From Squalus acanthias (Eukaryota), in assembly GCA_030390025.1 (NCBI GenBank), contig CM059430.1, forward strand, positions 72,912,001-72,976,000: a DNA stretch of 64,000 bases. Reading direction: 5' to 3'. The translations under genes and the position numbers were made by a program. The notes beneath the pieces are model-generated. The model saw only the letters and a program-made list of their open reading frames with translations, was not told where the DNA came from and did not search any database. This document shows positions 62,160-64,000 of this stretch, in pieces (position 1 is the first letter of the stretch; each line of letters begins with the position of its first letter).

Positions 62160-64000
62160 TAGAATCATAGAATCATGTAGCATTTATCCAATTCCCAATT
62201 GAAAGCTACTATTGGATCTGCTTCCATCACCCTACCAGGTACTGCATTCCAGATCATAACAAATCATAGAATTACAGCACAGAAATAGGCCTTTCGGCCC
62301 AACCAGTCCATACTGGCATTTATGCTGCCCTTGAGACTCCTCTTCACTTCCTCAACTAAGTCTATCAGAATAATCCTTTATCCCCTTCTCCCTCATAAGC
62401 TTATGTAGCTTTCCCTTAAATCCATCCTCACTATTCGCCTCAACGACTACCTGTTGTACAAAGTTCCACATTCTCAGTATTCTCTGTGTAAAGAAGTTTA
62501 TTCTGAATTCCCTATTTGATTTCTTGCCGAAAGTTGCCTGGGCCCTATGCACTGGAATTCCCTGTCTAAACTTCTCTACCTCTCTACCTCTCTTTCCTCC
62601 TATAAGATGCTATTTAAAACCTACCTCTTTCACCAAGCTTTTGGTCATCTGCCCTAATTTCTCCTCTTGTGGTTCGGTGTCAATTTTATTTTCTTATAAT
62701 ACTCCTGTGAAGCGCCTACTTTAAAGGCGCTATAAAAATAAAAGTTTAAGTTGTTATTGTTGTTGACAATCTTAAACTGATGGCGTCTAGATTTGTTGGT
62801 TCCCACAAGATTAAACACTCTGTGTTTACTCTATCAAAACCTTTGATAATTTTAAAGACTTCTATTAGGGCACCCCTCAGCCTTCTCTTTGCAAGAGAAA
62901 ATAAACCCAGCATGTTCATCCTTTCCTGATTGGTATAACCTCGCAGTTTTGGTGTCATTCTTGTAAATCCTTTTTGCAAGCTCTAAAGTGTCTCCATAGT
63001 CATTTTATAACATGGCAATCAGAATGGTACATAGTACTCCACGTGTGGTCTAACCAAGTATCGGTACAAGTTTAGCATAACTTTTCTACTTTTCAATTCT
63101 ATCCCTCTAGAAATAAAACCCTGTGCTTGGTTTTCTTTTTTATAGCCTTATTAACTTGAGTCAATACTTTTAGTGATATGTGTAATTGTACACCCAGATC
63201 CCTTTGCTGCTCTATCCCACTTAGATGATTATTTTCCAAGTAACATGTGACCACCTTATTTTTCTCACCTAAATGTAATAACTCACGCTTATCTATATTG
63301 AAATTCAGTGGCCAATTGAATGACCATTCTGCAAGTTTATTAATGTCTTGTAATTTGTTGCTATCCTCCTCAGTATTGATTATTCCCCGCCCCCCAATTT
63401 GGTTTCGTCCACAAATGTAAAAATTGTGTTTGGTTCAAAAGTCTAAATCGTTAATTTGCATTGTGAACAATAGTGGTCCCAGCACAGATCCTTGTGTGAA
63501 TTCACTTCCCACCTTCTGCCAATCTGATTAGCTACCCTTTACCTCTACTCAGGGCTTTCTGTCTAGCAGCCATCTAGCTAGCCATTCTTCTACTTCTTCC
63601 CTGAATCTGCATGCTGTGACCTTATCGATTAGTCTATTATGTGGTACTTCATCGAAGGTCTTTTGGAAATCTAGATATATGACATTTACTACATTCCCCT
63701 TCTCTACTCTCTGTGTTACCTCTTCAAAAATTCAATGAGGTTGGTCAAGCAAGACTTAAAATTTTGAAATCCATGCTAAATATTCGTTATTAAATTTTTG
63801 GTTTCTCGGTGATTTTCTATTTTTTCCTTTAGTAGGGATTCGATTACCATTCCTACCCCCACCGATGTATAGCAGATGCATCTATTATACCCTAGACATT
63901 TTCTATCTCTCTTCGTAAATATATGTATGACTTTAGCTATCTGCCAGTCCTCTGGCACTACAACTTTTTTTTACCGAATTAATAAATATGTGTATTAGTG
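62160..64000 (-). mobile_element. Old CR1 LINE (unit B copy, runs off the window)
   Basis: ORFs 62352..62552, 62746..62979 and 63776..63958; colinear with 27310-29157. Confidence 0.88.

Larger units (their letters stand above)
35472..64000. repeat. Tandem segmental duplication, unit B (runs off the window end)
   Basis: Colinear, moderately diverged copy of 1-29157 with unit-specific insertions and deletions. Confidence 0.95.

Overview
Eukaryotic, repeat-rich vertebrate DNA. The repeats (CR1 LINEs with an esterase ORF1, an HE1-type V-SINE, DeuSINEs, PIF/Harbinger elements) point to an elasmobranch (shark) genome; this is inference from repeat content. The window covers about 1.8 units of a diverged ~35.5-kb tandem segmental duplication: position 1 aligns with ~35472 and ~29157 with 64000. 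Each unit carries one minus-strand immunoglobulin-superfamily receptor gene. The unit-B copy (47536-56215) reconstructs by hand as an intact 7-exon, 383-aa receptor: leader, a V domain with a germline-joined J-like G strand, a single C1-set domain, an uncharged TM, and a tail with two duplicated ITIM-like tyrosine pairs (SIRP-like / VJ-C1 type). The unit-A copy (16520-25641) is a pseudogene with frameshifts, broken splice sites, a deletion and two exonic MITE insertions. Each unit also holds a remnant C1 exon of a second, convergently oriented paralog. The most unusual non-host feature is a Harbinger transposon system: a decayed autonomous-type element with intact TIRs and TSD (57977-62158, Myb/SANT and HARBI1-like ORFs) and about a dozen ~740-bp non-autonomous relatives. 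These keep an ordered series of hairpins with compensatory base changes, arrays of AG|GTAAGT splice donors and promoter-like motifs. All coordinates were derived by eye; no database searches were run.
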